A stretch of 64,000 nucleotides of DNA from Ophelia neglecta (GCA_965285935.1 OZ260661.1:107074001-107138000); one strand, 5' to 3'. Positions 12,020-24,920 are shown, counted from the stretch's first letter. Numbers and translations: made by a program. The notes: generated by a model not told the origin, from the sequence alone.

Positions 12020-12429
12020 ACAATATCCACCGTTTAATAATGGAATTAGAAGATTTAGAAGAACTCGAAGCAGGCAACGAATTACCATCAACCAGTAGAG
12101 ACATGCCAATATACGGCGGACGTGACACCACCGGAAGTGATTTGTCTGGCGCCCCCTACCGGGCTGTTAACGGGACATCGTCTGCTCGTAGTACAGAGCG
12201 CGCACAGAATTTAGAACATGCTCACTTCGGCCACTTAATAAATAATGAACTAATAAGTGACAATATTCGCCCGCAAGATTCTGATTCAACGAAAGGCACG
12301 AAAAGGAAATGCTCTATCGAGGGACCCGGATTCAATGACGAGGAGAACGCCAACCAGTATTTCTCAGATCCAAGTGATAACGAGCAACCGAACAGTAGCA
12401 TTGAGTTTGACGCATTCTGGGATTCCTAA
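12020..12429 (+). CDS. RING-finger protein, last exon (acidic; KRK basic patch; ends IEFDAFWDS*)
   Basis: Acceptor TTTTTCTTATATTAG ends at 12019. The phase-1 join G+AC (Asp) matches the frame of ORF 11947-12429. The three exons total 232+828+410=1470 nt, i.e. 489 aa plus stop. Confidence 0.8.
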
Positions 12430-12776
12430 GTTAACAAGATTGTTCTGGTTACTAATAATATGATTTGATATATATGTGACTTTGTGAGCCATTGAGCCGT
12501 TTCCAAATTCAAAACGACACGGATGCAAAGTAGTAACCGGAATAGTTGATATCAATTGATACTACTAGGCATACTGTACATATATGTATATGCATATTAT
12601 CTCAACGGTGATGCATGTAGTACGATTTCGGCTCGCTGTACATTTACTATTACTTCTCTTGAGCATGTCTATACTACTCCATTCCCATAGCCATCAGCAA
12701 GAAGTAATTCAGTAAAAAATATCGGGTCAAACCCTTAAAATGAATCCATTCTGTTCAGGTGTGTGAAACAAATCAT

Positions 12777-12782
12777 AATAAA
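12777..12782 (+). terminator. Candidate polyadenylation signal of the RING gene
   Basis: AATAAA about 350 nt after the stop codon, followed by T-rich sequence. Confidence 0.4.
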
Positions 12783-15700
12783 AATTATTCTGTTTAATTA
12801 TTTTCTACTAGTTTAAGGAAAACTGCTAATATTCTACTTTAGCTATTTATGCCTGTATGTGTAATTGAGGGGAGATCAGAGGCATTTCCATCTGTGCCCA
12901 CCTGATTCTTCTTTGTTTCCCCTTACAACACAAGGGTCTCAAGTTGCGGCCACGAATCCCCCTCTTTAATTTTAAGACCGTTTAAATTAATAAGCGCAAT
13001 CCAATTTTTTCCTAAGGTATATGTTTTCCTTGTGGACCCATTATGAATTATTCCCCCAAAATAAATGTGCTGGAAATGATATAAGTATTTTATTTACGAA
13101 CATTAACATTATACAATGCTTTGCGTTTTTCACACCGTCTTAAACTATGCCTTTTCCAAATTATTGCCTTAAAAGTACAAGTGTACAGAAGTACAAAATT
13201 CGAAGCAAAGTCTGCATGAATATGCAGCGATTCCTTTATATACATGCACATGTACATTATTTTATGAAGTGTCCACCAGGCCGCTGAATTTAACATATTT
13301 ACCATGTGAATTTAACATATATACAACTAGTAGTTTGGCGTTCATGTCGTCCAGAAGTATATTGTGTACGTATATGATATATTCAACTTTAAACAGTTTG
13401 TCTCAAGATGATTATATCGGACACACTCAAACAATTGCTCGTCAGTTTCTGTCTTATTATACAGGTACAACCACATCCATGATTTTTCGGTAAATCATTC
13501 AAATATTATACTTCCACGGCAAGGGGATTATTATGGAGTCTAAAGCCGAACATGAAAAGCAAATTTCTGCCATCTAAAATATCGATATATTTAGCATGAT
13601 AGTATTTGTAATTGTTATCGATACCCTAGTATCTGGAAAAATTAAAGTAGTTTTACTCACTCTCCATAACTCTCTATTTGATAAAGTGAGAAATAAGATA
13701 TTGTTTAATAATTCATACACATCAATGGTTTTTGTAAGATGGTTCCGTTGTTAACAAATAAACTCCCCTTTCGGACACGTTTAAGTTTGTTATGAACACG
13801 GAGAGCCCATGATAAATATTCCTGACGCTCCAAGCTGTCCAATACCAATCTTGTGAGTTTGTACATTGTTCTATCACAGTCCGGCATCCTGCCCAAAATG
13901 ATAACATGCGAAGATAAATTTTAACTGTCACTGGCAAAAAAAATCTAATTCTCTAAGTAGTATAACTGTAGAAGTACAATACTTGAGTTCGAAAATTTCT
14001 TTTATGCTACCAGTGTAATAGGTCAAGATTGTTCCAGCCCGGCACCTCTGAATAACATAATAAAACAGATACAACTAATATTACTATTGGTATGAATTGT
14101 TATACCAAGTAGGTTATATTCAAATTTAATTTACCAATTCACTCTATAAGAGTTCGTCGTCTTTGAAGGAACATGCGATTAACATTTATCTATAGGCCTC
14201 ATCTAATCTATCTTAACTTATTTCAAATTGGCCTATCAGGTCAAAGCCCTAAAATTATTTGTAGATCTTAAAATGGCCCATAGTGCCGTTTTTTAATCTA
14301 CTATTTACCTACTCCTTACTGGATTCCAAAAAGGTTTGCATACTAGTCATTGCTGTATTTTCTACTCCTCGAATAAATGTCGTGGATTGCCATATAAAAT
14401 ATAACAGCGTTGCCATCTAATTGTCGATATTTGCCCGGCTGCTGATATTTACCCGGCATATTTTTATATTTCCACCGAGGGCAGTTTAATATAATAGGTG
14501 TAGACAAGCCTTGTAAACGGTAAATGACACAATGACTATGTAACAATGAATTGAACATGACAATTCATCTTTTCAAACAAGCCTCAGAATTCTTCTTTTC
14601 ACATTACTTTTTTAATGTTTATAATCTCTTTCATAAACCTGACTAACAAACAAAAATAAACAACTGTAGACCTTGGCATATTTGACCAGTTTCTATAGAC
14701 AACTAGTACGGGTATGAAATCGTCTTCAAATGATTGGTGTGCCTAGTGCGTAAATCATTTTCAACGCAACTTTTGTAATGTTGTCTTACCAGGGTACTTT
14801 TTATGATATGATTTTGCCCTAAAAATTGAACATCCGGAAAATGACGAGAGTGGACTTTTTCTCTTTATGAAATTTCTCATAAGGTTCAACAAAGGAAAAA
14901 TGCACTTCTTTACGGTCGTGTCTACTGATCCTATGTGTTGTTATTAAATAACCATGCAGGCGTTAGGTCAATAGCACATAACCTGTACGGAGAAAGACAG
15001 GATTGGGAAAATTCTAATTACCCAAATAATTACTTTATTCATAAGGTATCGCAGATAAATAAGCGAATAATTGCCCCGGGGTGCTGACCTTTGTTTTTCT
15101 CCTACCAAGCCGACATTAACTGTAGGAAGGCACGAGGGAGGGGAGGGGAATTATAATTAAATCATTATGTCACAGGATTTTATCATTGTATAGGTGTGCC
15201 ATAAAAATCCTTCCAGGAAGGCTGTATGTAATCCATTATGCATTATATTAAAACTAAGACTCATAGGCTTACTGACAAGTAAAGCATCATTTCTATCTTA
15301 TTTAGGTGGACACAGTATAATACCACTGGTTATGGAGTAATCAATGGCCATGACCTAAAGGGTAGAGTCAGATGGCTACCTAAATATACAATAAATGGTT
15401 AAGCTGTAGTTGGTCTGATGAAAAATTCATCTTCCACTAGTTAATTAATCAACATCCAATTTACTATCTTATCTCTCCAAGCACCATTTCTCTTCCCCAT
15501 CAACCTTCCAGGTCACTATTTTGAAGAATACTTCATCGCTAATCTCGCGAGATGCCACCACGAGGGTTGCCTCAGCGTTGCTAGTCCCATAGCGGCCGAG
15601 AATAAATGCTGTGGCAATCCCATATTGAAACAAATTTAGTTATTTGAATTATTTATACCGAGGGTTGGGGGGGGGGGGGGGGGTAAAAATGGGGGCCAAA

Positions 15701-16559
15701 TGGATAAAGGGCAGGGTGGAGTTTTGCCTTAAAATTGCGCTTCTCTCATAATGTACTTCAGACAGGAATTTGAATTCCCTTTAAAAAAAGTCCTTTTACA
15801 AAGAAACATTTTTTGATAAAAAAATGTATACAATTTTGTAACTCTAACGTTACATAGAGTTGAGTACCTACTCTGTATATAACTAAAGGTTTCTAAATTT
15901 AAGCTCTCTTTGCCACACTTTGCAGCCTTCTGGGGGGGGGGGGGGGGGGGATTCCGGCGGACATATTTGCCTACCGATAACTGGTATATTCAATATGCAA
16001 CATTTCGCAGAATATTGTCCGTTGGACGCGCGCACCAGGAGATTGCTTCAAGCCATACCTAGCTCTCGGCCCAATCATTGCCACCGGTGGGGTCACACAA
16101 GTTTTACCGCATAGATAGAGATGGCCAAAAAAAATTTCGGTTCCGAATTGGCCCCCCCCCCCCTCCCGCTAGGGAGTTAAAAATGATTCCTTCTTTTGAT
16201 TGATTCTAAATAACCAAGATTATGACAGGCAGGAAAGATAACAAAAACTAGAAATAATATATAAAAGGTATACACAGATGTACCTTGTAGGCCTAATGCT
16301 GCATGACCGGTTTAAACAACTTTGTTGAAAGGATATAGCGAAGCCGGTAAAGATCTGTAGTTGATATTAAACTACCATGGATGATTATCAGTTATCAGGT
16401 AAGGAACAAATGCTCATATCATTCCATATTTCATATATTAGGTTTTAATGTCTGCCATTTTTTGTAAACAACGCTTCGGCATTTGAAGAACAAATATTCA
16501 TTATTTGAATAATAAGACTAAAAGGCTTACTGACACTTGATCAACCACAAATTATCACA

Positions 16560-17170
16560 TTGGTGGTGTTAGGCGATGGTAAAACATGGTATAGGTGGTA
16601 ACAGAACATGATATGTGGTGGTAGGCGCTGGCTAGATATAGGCAGTGGTAGGCGATTGTTAAAATGGTATACGGTATAAGGCGATGGTACAAAATGGTGA
16701 GCGTTAGTAGTCGATCTGAAAACATGGTCGTTGGTAGAAGATGGTGTAAAAAGGTAGACGGTTAAAAAAGAATGTAGGCGGTGGTAGACGGTGGTGGGAT
16801 AGTGGTAAATAATGGTGGGCGATAGTAAAAAACTTGTAAGCGGTGGTAGATGAATGGTATAGGCGGGGGCAAAATAGGGTAGGAGGTGGTAGGCGATGGT
16901 TAAAAATGGTAGGTTTAAGGCGATGGTGAAAAATGGTAGGCATAAACGTCGGTAGACGATAGTGAAAAAACAAAAGCTCTAAGCAAGATAAGGCTAACCG
17001 AAACTTGGAACGCCACCACACCACCAAATTAGTAGACGATTGTAAACGGTTGTGGGCGATAATAAAAATGGTAGGCGATTGTAGGCAGCGGTAAAAAAAT
17101 GGTAGGCGGTATTATTCGACGGTAAAACGTAGGCGTGGTAGACGATGGTTAAAAATGGTAGACGGCTGTA
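16560..17170. repeat. Degenerate purine-rich minisatellite (AAAATGGTAGGCGGTGGTAGGCGATGGT-like, unit about 29 nt)
   Basis: Repeated GGTAGGCG/GGTAGACG and ATGGT..AAAA blocks; gives the spurious HHRLPPPT ORF on the minus strand. Confidence 0.85.
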
Positions 17171-17985
17171 TAGATCAAAGTTTATGGTATTTGTCTCTCA
17201 GGAATAAAACAAAACATTAAATGGGTCATGACTGTTATGATTAGATTTGACAAGTCGTGTAAGATGAATTCAAATAGCCCCACAGTCCAACTCTATCGAG
17301 AGTGAGTTGTTTATATTCGCCATATCGGCTTCGAAGACACCCATTAAATCACCCATTAAATTCTGAACTTAAGCACCTGAAAGATCATCAAAATGCTATA
17401 TATAGACCCTCATAATAGTGCTATCACCTCGATTTTGTGTCCGCCAAATAAAGCAGACCCATCCCAAGACAAATAAAAAGATAGAAACATACAAGTACTT
17501 AATGCTTCGGAACGTACCCTCCTATAACCATTCCAGCGGCAATCCTTGCACAGGAGGAAGTACCCCCCCCCCCCCCCCTCCGAGTTAACCTATGCTAATA
17601 TGGTAACCCTGCCGGCTGTCCCCACCTGGCATATAATTCCCCGCATCCCCTCCCTCCTTCATCCTGAGCACCATGCCACTATTTACCACACATTCACCCT
17701 AGATCTAACCACATGCACCAGCTGCGCCTCATTCAACTAAACACCCAGCCTCGTGTCAGAGTATAAGGGTAGAGTCACGGGTAGAGCCAATTGAATGTAC
17801 AAGCATAAAGGTACTGTTGTCCTATTTATTTGAATATCTCAAAATAATCTTGACTCGTCCACAGCGCTCGCTCTTAGATTTGTGGTCTTAGGCAAAAAAT
17901 CGAGCCGGCGCATGCAAAGTTCCAGGTACATTTTTATTTATTAAATAAAATGTTACAAAAGTTTATGCTCGAAATGGCAAAAAAA

Positions 17986-18267
17986 ATCCCAATGGCAAGC
18001 AACCTGAAAGTTTGGAATAATGTACCAAAAAGACCTTTATTCTTTCATTGTTCTCTTTCATTGTTGAATGCCGATCGTTGGTTTTGATATCTTGTGATAC
18101 ATTCATACAAAGGATGGCTTTGGCATTATGACTGTTTGAAACAAACTGCCTCAACTTATAATACATTGTCAAAGTGTTTCATTTTGTCAGTATCCAAAGA
18201 TTGCAGCAAACAAAATAACTGATTTTAACAACCCATCAAACTTTCAGATCACTTGCAATTGCCAATA
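17986..18267. mobile_element. MITE family A, copy 1 (about 282 bp, about 30-bp imperfect TIRs)
   Basis: CAATGGCAAGCAACCTGAAAGTTTG at the left is an imperfect inverted copy of CAAACTTTCAGATCACTTGCAATTG at the right. The interior (ACATTCATACAAA.GATGGCTTT.GCATTATGACTGTT.GAAACAAA) is shared with 43634-43916. Confidence 0.75.
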
Positions 18268-18545
18268 CCCGGTGCCAATAGCGTGATTTTGTTATCACAA
18301 ACTTTCACCCAAGCCTCGAGACCTAACCTTTGTAGACAGCGAGCGTTGATAACCGCATTCGGAAGCAACCCGAGTGGTGAGTTTTGCCACTGTGTCTCCC
18401 AGGCGGCGCTGCCGATTTGCAATCAGACGTTATTGAGGAATCCCCTTTGGCCTTAGCGGGTTGCCTTGTGGGATAGATAGCTGCAAATATGCAAATGCTC
18501 TCAGCTATCCCACAAGGCAAAAAGAAATTCACAGCCGGTTCTCCG

Positions 18546-18890
18546 AAAAACTATCGCCCTATTTCAGTTAGACCCCATTGTTACCAAGATTATAGAACGC
18601 ATCGTACAAAATCACCTGAAAGAAAACTTGATATTTCGCGATTTTCTTACGACTGATTAAGACGCTTTTAGACAAAATCACTCCACTCCAACATCGCCTC
18701 AAATGATAATCAGCGATCTACTTGATGGTATAAACGATGGGTTTTAGAGGGGGTTATGTATTTATTTGATCCCCTAAAATGTTTTGACAAATTTGACCAC
18801 AATATACTATTAACAAAACTAGGACAATATGGCATCAGAAATATCCCATTAAACTGGTTTAGCAGCTACCTAAACGACAGGAAACAGGCA
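18546..18890 (+). mobile_element. Decayed CR1/L2-clade LINE reverse-transcriptase fragment
   Basis: KNYRPISV / PIVTKIIERIVQNHLK / AFRQNHST / LFD.LKCFD..DHNILLTKLGQYGIRNIPLNWFSSYLNDRKQ are the classic non-LTR RT motifs, here broken by frameshifts and a stop. Confidence 0.9.
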
Positions 18891-19074
18891 ATTATAGCTA
18901 ATAAAAAAACTATCGGAATGTATAATATAGGTTATCCGAGTAACATATGTGATAAGAAAATATTGTATATACTGTAAATATTGTAAATACTGAAAATACA
19001 TATTGTCAATATTCCTTTCAGTTGTAAACTGATAGTGCTCCCCAGGGTAAAGAAATTCAATAAATAAATAGATA

Positions 19075-19315
19075 GTGGTGGCAAAAACAAATGGTAGGCG
19101 GTGGTAGGCGATAGGTTAAATGTAAGGCAATAGTAGGCGATGGTAAAGGTAATAGGCTGTTTAAGGCGATGGTTAAACGGAAAGCGGTAGTAGTTGATGG
19201 TAAAACATAGCCGTCGATAGAAGATGGTGAACATAAGTAGACGGTAATAAAAAAAAGAGGGAAGGTGTTGCATGGGGAAAAAGGTATACTGTGGTAAAAA
19301 AAAAGTGTAGACGAT
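19075..19315. repeat. Second copy of the GGTAGGCG minisatellite
   Basis: Same unit and same variant order as about 16640-16790 (GCGATGGT..AGCG.TAGTAGT.GAT...AAAACAT...CGT.G.TAGAAGATGGTG...GTAGACGGT). Confidence 0.8.
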
Positions 19316-21124
19316 TTATTCAGAAACTGGGCAACAATAATTTTATATTCCATATTATCTGATGGAAATATAAACATAGCCATTTATTCATTATTTTATA
19401 TGGCCTAATAATTGATTAAAGCCTCAGACATAAAGTGGGCACGAGAGGAAAAGAAGATCATAGGAGTTTATTGATGTTTCAGAATGCGTTACAATGAAGT
19501 CGATTAAACATTTTTCATCACAATATAATATTTTCGTGTCAAATGAACTATTCATATTGGCCTGACCCCAAAACCTCGCAAAAAAGGCCGATCACTTGGG
19601 CGAATGAACCAATGTAATAACAAATATTAATTTTGAAGCAGGCCTGCAGAATTTTCATCAGGGAAGAGTTTGCGAAATAATATTTTAAGATTATAATATA
19701 AAATTAATGTTTAATATGCAATGCTAAGGCCAGCATTGATTCTTAGTGTCTCTGAAATAATGCGTTTTCTAAACATTGTAAATAGAAGGAAAAGAGAAAG
19801 GTCTCACTGGCTGTCTTTTGAAGTATTCTGTTGACGGAAGTTTTCACTCTGCGGGGGTCTCATTTCCATATTAATCGCCAGTTTCATATCGAGCGCCATT
19901 CAAATATTGACACTGTATTGATGGTCATTGTTTACCGCTGGTGTTGTCTTTGTACTAGGTTTCTATGGAAGTCTCAGCAGCCAGCTCATAGACCGATCAA
20001 TCTTCGATCAGATGCCTGAAATGGCGGATTCGGCAACAACATCAGCTTGTTTCCTTTCATTTATCGATAAATCGAACCTTGTTTTGCGAGGACGACACAG
20101 GGGCGGCACTGTCATTAAGGACACTGGCATTAAGTCACTTCGGAGGCGACATTATTCCTCTTCAATAAATACCTATAAACGTACGGGCCCATGAGCAAAT
20201 AAACAGGGTTGGCTTGTTCCAGCATGTACAGTAACTTAAATGCCACTAACTTGGAAAAATGGAGCACAATAACTTAATAGCTGTAGACCTAAGAATTGGT
20301 AATCTCATAAAAATGGTTAACGGTAGTCATTTACAACGGGGAGTGAGGTGGGGATGGGGGTGGGGGGTCCTTGCAGTGGTGTAGGTGTCGGTGATTTTAT
20401 GCCCCCCCCCCCCTCCCTCAGAGACCCATGGGTCTCCCCCTAAGAATCACCGCTCATTCGTTGACTACCTTTCCACCCCAGCCCCACCCCACCCCCCTAG
20501 CCAATCCCGTCCTATTTACCGGGGTTAACATCAATTGCAGCATAAGCCTGATTGTGTACCCTTAATAATTATATGCTTAAACTGTGGAATTAGAAACCGT
20601 AGGGTTGTAATATGTGGTTCAAAGTAAAGGGGACAGGGGATTGATATGATTGTTAATTTGTTTTCAAGGTTTTTCTGCCTCGCCCCCTCCCACCCTCCAT
20701 TAAAAATGACCATCCCCTAATTCTGAGGGTTTTCTTGCAGGATTATTACTACAGTAGGTTTTCCGATCCGGAAGATTAATGTCTTTAAACAGGCTTCCAA
20801 ATTGACAATAGCGTCCTGTACATGTCGAAACCACCCTGTCTTACCCCCCACCCCCACCGAAATACACAACACCTCACCGTCAGGGATTCGGTGCGTTGAA
20901 AAAAGAAAACGTTTGGTCGATGTTCGCCACAAATTAATGTTAACACACCAGTGTCAAACAATAGGGCTTGCTAGCTCCACATTGTCACTGCCACAACCTT
21001 CATTCGTCGATTACGACACTTTTATCCTGATTTGCTGCAAGACAAAGCAAATATTTTTACAGGTGTCATCTCTATAGCAACATGTATATACCAGCAGCTA
21101 CTAGCAGCCAGTAGTCGATTAATC

Positions 21125-21215
21125 TCTCAGGTGCGACAGGCACTAGGCGCGCATGCGTCGTCAGGCAGGTGGTGGCTGGATTGTTAAGTGCGCTGGCTGC
21201 ATCAGTGAAGGCAGC
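21125..21215 (+). promoter_or_regulatory. Candidate eag core promoter
   Basis: Local GC-rich patch with an NRF1-like GCGCGCATGCGT (21147-21158) and an Inr-like TCAGT (about 21203), some 380 nt upstream of the eag ATG. Confidence 0.35.
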
Positions 21216-21582
21216 AGTACAGAAACAGAAGATAGCGCCAAACGATCAACAACCAGGAAACAGCGCCTCAAAGTAGATTATCTTATCAAGGATGACACCT
21301 GTTTACTCTAGAAACATAGAACACAATATATCATGAAGACCCGATTGCCTTTAATGGATTTTATTCATCAAAACCATGGATTATACGCTGAAGAAGGCAG
21401 TTTTAGGGAAGCACCCGTCTCGGATAATGCTGTGTATCGAGGATACTAACGTAGGTCGGCTTAGCCACCCACAACAATTGTAAAAGAGAGGAGGGCAGGA
21501 CAAGCAAGTCGTAAAAATGTCCTGCCCGGATATATGATATACCCGGAGATACACCAGTAATCTCTGCCACTAAGACCCCAAA

Positions 21583-21658
21583 ATGCCTTCAAGGAGGGGT
21601 TTAGTGGCCCCACAAAACACTTTTTTGGAGAACATCATCCGTCGCTCCAATGGCCAAC
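21583..21658 (+). CDS. eag: Ether-a-go-go (EAG/Kv10) potassium channel, coding exon 1 (PAS-cap)
   Basis: MPSRRGLVAPQNTFLENIIRRSNGQ is the EAG-subfamily signature (ERG has RRGHVAPQNTFLDTI, ELK has KGLLAPQNTFLDTI). In-frame TAA at 21571 upstream. 76 nt, then a phase-1 GTGAGT donor at 21659. Too short to appear in the ORF track. Confidence 0.95.
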
Positions 21659-23572
21659 GTGAGTAAGATTTATGTTCCGTTTTGACATCTATATGATGTC
21701 TTGTTTCACTTTTTCATCGCTTTCCACTACCTCCTGGAAATAGCATTTAACGGGATATGAAAAGATTGGTGTAGGATTATTTGTTCAATTTGTTGTTTGT
21801 GTCTATTAAGACACTTGCATTATTATTTAGTTTATAATAGAGATGGAAAAAAAACCATAAAATTCCTTTAAGCGCTTTCGATAGCAAATAGTTATTGTGA
21901 ACGAGGAGCTAGATTGAGTTTTTCATATCCCATCAAGATTCTACTAAACAAAATCGCCTCTTGTTTCTATTTCTATTCCGAAATATACAGGTATTTAAAG
22001 TGCATTCGCCATGATAAGATTAAAATCGATTTCAGCAGTCTCCTCAGCGGAAGACGATCAAGTTAAATGGGCCCTTTATCTGACAAGTATTTCTCATGTA
22101 AATTCGAAAAGCTTCTGACATTTCATAACACACTGTCTGTTATGCTGACATGGATTACATTGAGTACAATTATTCCTAATAGTGCCTTTATCTTTGTAAA
22201 TTCTAAATGTTAACGAGCCATTTGACATTTGAAATATTTACGTCTAACATTATTAAGGTTACCATCTGATCGATTGGAATAACTTTATTCGCTTTGAAAC
22301 CGAACAAGACATGGACATTTATAAAAATATAAGTCAATCTAGTTGGAAAGATGGATGTCAACGGTGGCAGGTTATTGTCAAAGACGACCATTATTCGATT
22401 TTATCAGCCTTTAGGCTTATTGTGATAATCATATCATGACCTTTTCAGCTTTTGTTGTCGTTTTCTGAATATTCAATAATAATATGCTCCGCGTTTATGA
22501 CAATGGCAGATTTATCTTACCTTAGAGAATAAATGTTTTCTTGTTTAATTGCGGCGCCATTAATATTGAACGGTTCATTGTGGCCCATGTTTACCGAATA
22601 TATACGGGCATGTAAAACCTCATAACATGCATGTTATTTTAATGGAAAACACGTGCATAGAACACGGATGGTTAATATAATTTTCTTAAACCTGAACCCA
22701 AAATAAAAAGTAATATTGATTATATATAAGATCTGTATGTTTCATATAGCTAGCAAACAATTAATATTAATACATTCTTCGGGCCAAATGTCCACTTGAG
22801 TGTAGATAAATGAAAAACTCAATACAATTATTTTCCTGTCATTCTTACTTCTATTTGATACAGTTTTCTGGGTATTAATAGGACCCAATACAGTACAATC
22901 ATGACTGTACTATTAATGTGGAATGTTGTTTGCTCGTATTTTATCTATACTCTATAAAATACACTATGCCGGGAATGAGATATCTTATAGAATTAATTTA
23001 TCTTAGTTTCCTGTGAGCTCGAAATATCTTTTGTTTCATCTTAAGACAGATGTTCTGCTGGTATGACGCCAATCCTTTGAACCGGCTAAGCACCTTATGT
23101 TTTAAAGTAATTATCATTAACCCGAAGCAAAGAAAATAAACTTCTGTACAACCTGACAAAAGTCTCGGGGTCATGAGGGTATACTGTGATACAAGATGGA
23201 CTCGATCGGCAATAAATCAATCTTTTGGCTATTAATTGTGCCTCTGCCCGCATGCCGTAGCTTCTTTTCTTTCGCACACAATTTCAGATGGACATATTTA
23301 AAAGGAAAAATGTCCGCGTATTAAATATAAATGGTTAATATTAGGATCAGTTAAAGACAAATGTTCTAATAAACTATTTTAAAAGTAAGGGTAAAAGAAC
23401 TGTGTTGACGGGTCCGAGTAACACGTAAAGTCATCTTACTTCCTTTGTCTTACATGATCCGTGTTTTCTCGGTTTATGTTTTGTATTGTTAAAACTGAAA
23501 AACACAGGTGTCGTGGAAAATCAGCACCTGTCTGATGTTAGGTCGACTCCTTTTAATTTGTCCTAGGCAAAT

Positions 23573-23908
23573 AGTGGCTGAAGTTTCATAGGTTGGGAGG
23601 CAAGAGTATTCATGAACTAGGGATGCTTTTCACCAAGATCTTTCAGGGAAAGCGTGGCCAGATATCAAGGTTCTGAATATTTTATTGGGCAGGGGCACCT
23701 TCTTTTCGAGACTAGGCGGCCAACTTTCACAAATATGGTGTTGAAAATGGGACCCTTTCCCGAATGAACATGATTCGGCTAACCCTCACTTCGGGCAGGG
23801 ACACGTACTATACACCTAGGGGATGCCTTCTAGAGCAAATTTTAGACAGCATGAGGGGGAGAAGTGTCTGCGCCATGGGCCCCTTGTTCCCCGGTCCATG
23901 CAGCCACT
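23573..23908. mobile_element. Degenerate MITE-like element
   Basis: GC-richer block bounded by AGTGGCTG (23573-23580) and its inverse CAGCCACT (23901-23908), resembling the CAGTGGC termini of the 9280 element. No TSD recognised. Confidence 0.35.
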
Positions 23909-24889
23909 TGATCCTCCAATAACCGGCTTAGCTGAGTAACGTCGTGTTCTGTATTTATGCCTCAGGGTGTTTAGACGGATTGTAGAGTACCTTGTGTGAC
24001 AGTGGCAATAATATATCCCTTGGAGTCTAATTTGACATTAACTAATTAAAATGTGTCTGCTAGAGTTCAAATTAAGGTGATATATTCTAGTGTAGCGAGA
24101 AGCTAGTGCACCAGCTAGCACAACGGACAAATGTTGAGCAAACATAATCCGAAATTCTAACCGACATGATATTATAAGAAAGCTCCTATTACAGTTACTA
24201 TTGTGTTGACGTTTGGGATGGTCGTGCACATTATATTAGTACCTAAAAGCAGCGCAGTTCTAAATATGCAGTTTTGTCTAAAGCTCATATTTTCTCGTAG
24301 CCATTTGTAAATGCCACCCGGCAGCAAAGCAAACTGATAATGGCCATTAAATAATTATCATTGTGTACTTGATAATAGTTATAACAATGAATATGTAGTA
24401 CATTGTTTATCCGACCATCTTGAAACAGTTATATTCCAGACCAGAGTAGTCTCATAAAATATTGGGTATTTCGCCCAATTAAATTGTTGCGCTGTTTTCG
24501 AGGTTGATCAGAATAGATGATTGACTGCATATCAAGAATGGATTGAGAGTATAGCTGAGCTATACATCAGCACAGATCTGAGGATCGCACAGAACTGCAC
24601 GTGTGAGATATTTACAGAACCTCGTCTGACTCGAGTTGGTAATTACAACACGAATTCACCCCCGTCCTGCCAATCTTGATCCATGAATCCAAGGCCCCTG
24701 CATCGCTAATACTCACATTACTCGTGATTAGAATGATTTGCTTATTCAGCATGTATATATATTAACACTGGGTGCATGACATGACACACAGGAAGCAAAG
24801 CAAAATTAATTGGTTAGTGAGTCAATGATGGTGATAGGTAGCCGTGAAGGTCATAAAGATCGTCCCTCCACAGCTATTTTCATAAATAG

Positions 24890-24920
<31 letters not shown>
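24890..24920. repeat. (TA)n microsatellite (others at about 37959-37987, 41484-41513, 62442-62485)
   Basis: Interrupted TA dinucleotide runs read directly from the sequence. Confidence 0.9.

Noticed and set aside
19556-19615. HDV-like ribozyme suggested by CCTCGC...GGCGAAT
   Set aside because: I could not build consistent P1, P2 and P3 pairings.
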